DNA of 24,000 nucleotides from Streptomyces sp. 846.5 (GTDB lineage Bacteria; Actinomycetota; Actinomycetes; Streptomycetales; Streptomycetaceae): NCBI GenBank assembly GCA_004365705.1, contig SOBN01000001.1, positions 1,542,555 to 1,566,554 of the forward strand, read 5' to 3'. Shown piece by piece: positions 21,758 to 24,000 of this stretch (position 1 is its first letter; each line of letters starts with the position of its first letter). The notes under the pieces were generated by a model. It saw only the letters and a program-made list of their open reading frames with translations, ran no database searches and was not told where the DNA came from. The position numbers and the translations under genes were made by a program.

Positions 21758-23899
21758 TCAGACGGCGGTGAGATGCACCAGCGTGCTGGCCCAGTCGCCC
21801 TCCGGCAGGTCCAGCGGCAGGCCCCGGGCGAGCAGGACCGCGCCGTGGTGCAGCCTGCCGGTGTCGGTGTCGCGGTAGCGGGCGTCCGCACGCAGCCCCT
21901 GCAGCCGCAGCACCGGGTTGCCCTCGCCCATGGAGCGGGAGCGCCGGTAGGCGAGGACCGCGGTCCCCGTCCCGTCCGCCGCCACGAACTGGACCGCGCT
22001 CAACTCCTGCTCCGGCCCTCGCAGTCGGTACTGCACCCCGTGCTGCACCAGCGGCCGGACGGTCTTGTAGGCGGCGACCAGCTCGGCGGCCCGGGCCAGT
22101 TCCTCCTTGGTCCACTCGGCGAGGTCGCCGCCGATGCCCAGGACGCCTGCCATCGCGGAGTGGAAGCGGAAGTCCAACGGGGTGCTGCGGCGGGTGAACG
22201 GGTTGGGGCTGTCGGTCACCCAGGCGCCCATCACCTGCGCCGGGTGCAGCTGGGAGAAGCCGTGCTGGATGTGCAGGCGGTCGGCGGGGTCGGTGTTGTC
22301 GGAGGTCCACACCTGGTCGGTGCGGGCGAGCAGGCCGAGGTCGATCCGGCCGCCGCCGCTGGCGCAGTCCTCGATCCGGACCGACGGATGGTCGGCCCGC
22401 AGCCGGTCCAGGACGGCGTAGAGGTTCCGGGTGTAGTCGGTCCAGAGCCGGTCGTCGCCGCCCGCGCCGACCGGTCCGGCCTCGGTGAAGGGACGGTTCA
22501 TGTCCCACTTGAGGAAGTCGATGGCGTTGTCCCGCAGCAACCCGTCGATGGTGGCGTGCAGCCAGTCGGCGACCTCCGGCTTGGCCAGGTTGAGCACCAA
22601 CTGGTTGCGCATCTCGGTGCGTTCGCGGTGCGGCTGGTGCAGCACCCAGTCCGGGTGGGCGCGGTAGAGGTCGCTGTCCGGGTTGGTCATCTCCGGCTCG
22701 ACCCAGAGGCCGAAGGCCATGCCCAGGCCGTGGACGTGGTCGATCAGCGGCGCCAGGCCGTCCGGGAAACGGTCCGGGTTGGGGGTCCAGTCGCCGAGCC
22801 CGGCGGAGTCGTTGGTGCGGGAGCCGAACCAGCCGTCGTCCATGACGAACAGCTCCACGCCCATCGCGGCGGCGCGGTCCGCCAGTGACTTCTGGTTCTC
22901 CAGGCCGATGTCGAAGTAGGTGGCCTCCCAGGAGTTGTAGAGCACCGGGCGCAACTCGTCGGGGTGCTCCAGCACCTGGGACCTGATGTGCCGGTGCCAG
23001 GCGCGGCTGGCGGCGCCGAAGCCGCCCTCGCTGTAGAGGCCGAGGCTGGCCGGGGTCTCCAACTCCTCTCCGGGGGCCAGTATCCGGATCATCGGCGTGT
23101 GCTGGTCCCCGGCAGAGACGGACGCCTGCCCGTCGGGGAGGCGCTGCAGGGTGAGCTGCCAACTGCCGCTCCAGGCCAGGGCGCAGCCGTAGACCGCGCC
23201 GCCGGTCTCGGTGGCGGTGCCGTCGTCGAGCATGGCCCAGGGCTGGGCGTGGTGGCTGCTCACCCCGCGACGGCTGGTCAGCACGGTCTCGCCGTAGGCG
23301 AGTTCGCTGCGGGTCAGCTGGGTCTCGGCGGCCCACTGGCCGTGCACCTGGCTGAGCCGGTAGCCCTCCAGCGGCGGCAGCACCCACGTGGCCGAGTCGG
23401 CGCACAGCACCGTCACCGGCTCCGTCGCGGCCTCGCCCCCGGCCGGGCCGGTGTGCCGCAGTCGCAGCCGGCGTTCGATGACGTCGCTGTCCGGGCGCAG
23501 CAGATAGCGGGTCTCGACCGCCAGCGGGTAGTAGCGGTCGGCGAACTCCAGGATCAGCTCCGACGATCCGTCGGCGTCCTCGTCCTCGTCCACCCGATGA
23601 CCCGTCAGTTCCAGTTCCAGGTCCCGGGTTCCGTCGGCGAAGCGGACCTGGAGGCCGGCGTGGCCGAAGCGCGCACCGCCCGCCGCCGCGAGGTCGAGCC
23701 GGCCGTCGGCGGCGTCCTGGTAGCCGCGGCGGACCGGCGCGGGGAGGTCGAGCAGCGAGACGGCCTGCTCGGCGTCCAGCCGTGGGCCCCAGTGCAGTCC
23801 GTGCAGCAGTCCTTCGCGGTCGAGGTGCAGGACGTAGCTGGACTCCGGCCCGCTGAGGATCCAGAGCTGCTGGTCCGGGACGTGGACGATCTGCGGCAC
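21758..23899 (-). CDS. Alpha-galactosidase (GH36)
   Basis: VLYNSWEATYFDIGLENQKSLADRAAAMGVELFVMDDGWFG...DWTPNPDRFPDGL...FGLWVEPEM...CASGGGR are typical GH36 motifs. GTG 23899 (MPQIVHVPDQ...) is preceded by GGGAG 5 nt upstream. The track start at 23980 adds a Cys/Pro-rich extension that looks non-coding. Confidence 0.85.
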   Translation of the reverse strand: MPQIVHVPDQQLWILSGPESSYVLHLDREGLLHGLHWGPRLDAEQAVSLLDLPAPVRRGYQDAADGRLDLAAAGGARFGHAGLQVRFADGTRDLELELTGHRVDEDEDADGSSELILEFADRYYPLAVETRYLLRPDSDVIERRLRLRHTGPAGGEAATEPVTVLCADSATWVLPPLEGYRLSQVHGQWAAETQLTRSELAYGETVLTSRRGVSSHHAQPWAMLDDGTATETGGAVYGCALAWSGSWQLTLQRLPDGQASVSAGDQHTPMIRILAPGEELETPASLGLYSEGGFGAASRAWHRHIRSQVLEHPDELRPVLYNSWEATYFDIGLENQKSLADRAAAMGVELFVMDDGWFGSRTNDSAGLGDWTPNPDRFPDGLAPLIDHVHGLGMAFGLWVEPEMTNPDSDLYRAHPDWVLHQPHRERTEMRNQLVLNLAKPEVADWLHATIDGLLRDNAIDFLKWDMNRPFTEAGPVGAGGDDRLWTDYTRNLYAVLDRLRADHPSVRIEDCASGGGRIDLGLLARTDQVWTSDNTDPADRLHIQHGFSQLHPAQVMGAWVTDSPNPFTRRSTPLDFRFHSAMAGVLGIGGDLAEWTKEELARAAELVAAYKTVRPLVQHGVQYRLRGPEQELSAVQFVAADGTGTAVLAYRRSRSMGEGNPVLRLQGLRADARYRDTDTGRLHHGAVLLARGLPLDLPEGDWASTLVHLTAV

Positions 23900-24000
23900 G
23901 ACGACTCCCACTTTCGGCCCGATTGCCTGACTGTTGGGCGACACCGTTGGGCGACAACAGATCAGGACAGAGACTGGCAAACAGCAGTCAACATACTTCA

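Noticed and set aside
1459-23957. Many very long ORFs in the track that overlap the called genes in other frames or on the opposite strand. Examples: 1459-2754(-), 1479-2993(+), 5333-6904(-), 5407-6771(+), 6768-8129(+), 7174-8094(-), 9495-11177(+), 11180-12358(+), 14484-17030(+), 15052-16551(-), 16910-18508(+), 17710-18906(+), 18729-20090(+), 20564-21748(-), 21599-22888(+), 21690-23957(-).
   Set aside because: Their translations are dominated by Arg/Pro/Gly/Ala (or Gln/His/Asp on antisense) runs with no recognisable domains, as expected for stop-poor shadow frames in ~70% GC DNA. In each case another frame gives a protein with clear family motifs and G/C-rich third positions.
1-24000. Search for CRISPR arrays, tRNA/rRNA genes, IS elements or integrases, and long terminal inverted repeats that could delimit the toxin island.
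   Set aside because: By eye I saw no regularly spaced repeats, no cloverleaf-like or rRNA-like segments in the short intergenic regions, and no transposase or recombinase-like translation in any frame. A tRNAscan or Infernal run would be needed to be certain about small RNAs.

Overview
Very GC-rich actinomycete (Streptomyces/Kitasatospora-like) chromosomal segment with about 25 protein-coding genes. I found no rRNA, tRNA, CRISPR array or recognisable transposase. Most of the window is ordinary accessory metabolism and transport: an LLM oxidoreductase, a DHA2 MFS exporter with a HIT protein, a DUF421 protein, a SAM-methyltransferase with an arylamine N-acetyltransferase, LtrA, a cation:proton antiporter, a TrpRS-II-type trpS, a GGT-family protein, a GH65 phosphorylase with beta-phosphoglucomutase, an HtrA-like protease, MarR with a divergent ABC-2/YhgE-like membrane protein, a NUDIX hydrolase and a GH36 alpha-galactosidase. 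Two regions stand out. (1) nt ~11200-14560 is a visibly lower-GC island between the GGT-family gene and the GH65 gene, with every gene on the minus strand. It encodes a type-VII-secretion-style polymorphic toxin: a WXG100-like N-terminal domain, a helical middle part, and a C-terminal DddA/SCP1.201-like deaminase-fold domain (H-S-E ... P-C-x5-C). Two divergent SUKH-4-like immunity genes follow. The toxin reading frame is broken by an in-frame TAG, and again by a frame switch at an ATGA junction plus a 1-nt shift, but the deaminase tip is intact. The second immunity gene is fused in frame to the C-terminal half of a PIN (VapC) domain and is followed by an AbrB/VapB-type antitoxin gene in reversed order. 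(2) trpS is preceded by a sigma70-like promoter, an apparently leaderless 15-codon leader ORF with tandem Trp codons, and stem-loops including a terminator-like hairpin. This looks like a ribosome-mediated Trp attenuator on an auxiliary (possibly antibiotic-resistant) TrpRS. Smaller observations are perfect 13-nt duplications sitting on the stop codons of two genes, and candidate operators. All functional calls rest on my reading of the translated ORFs; no database search was run.
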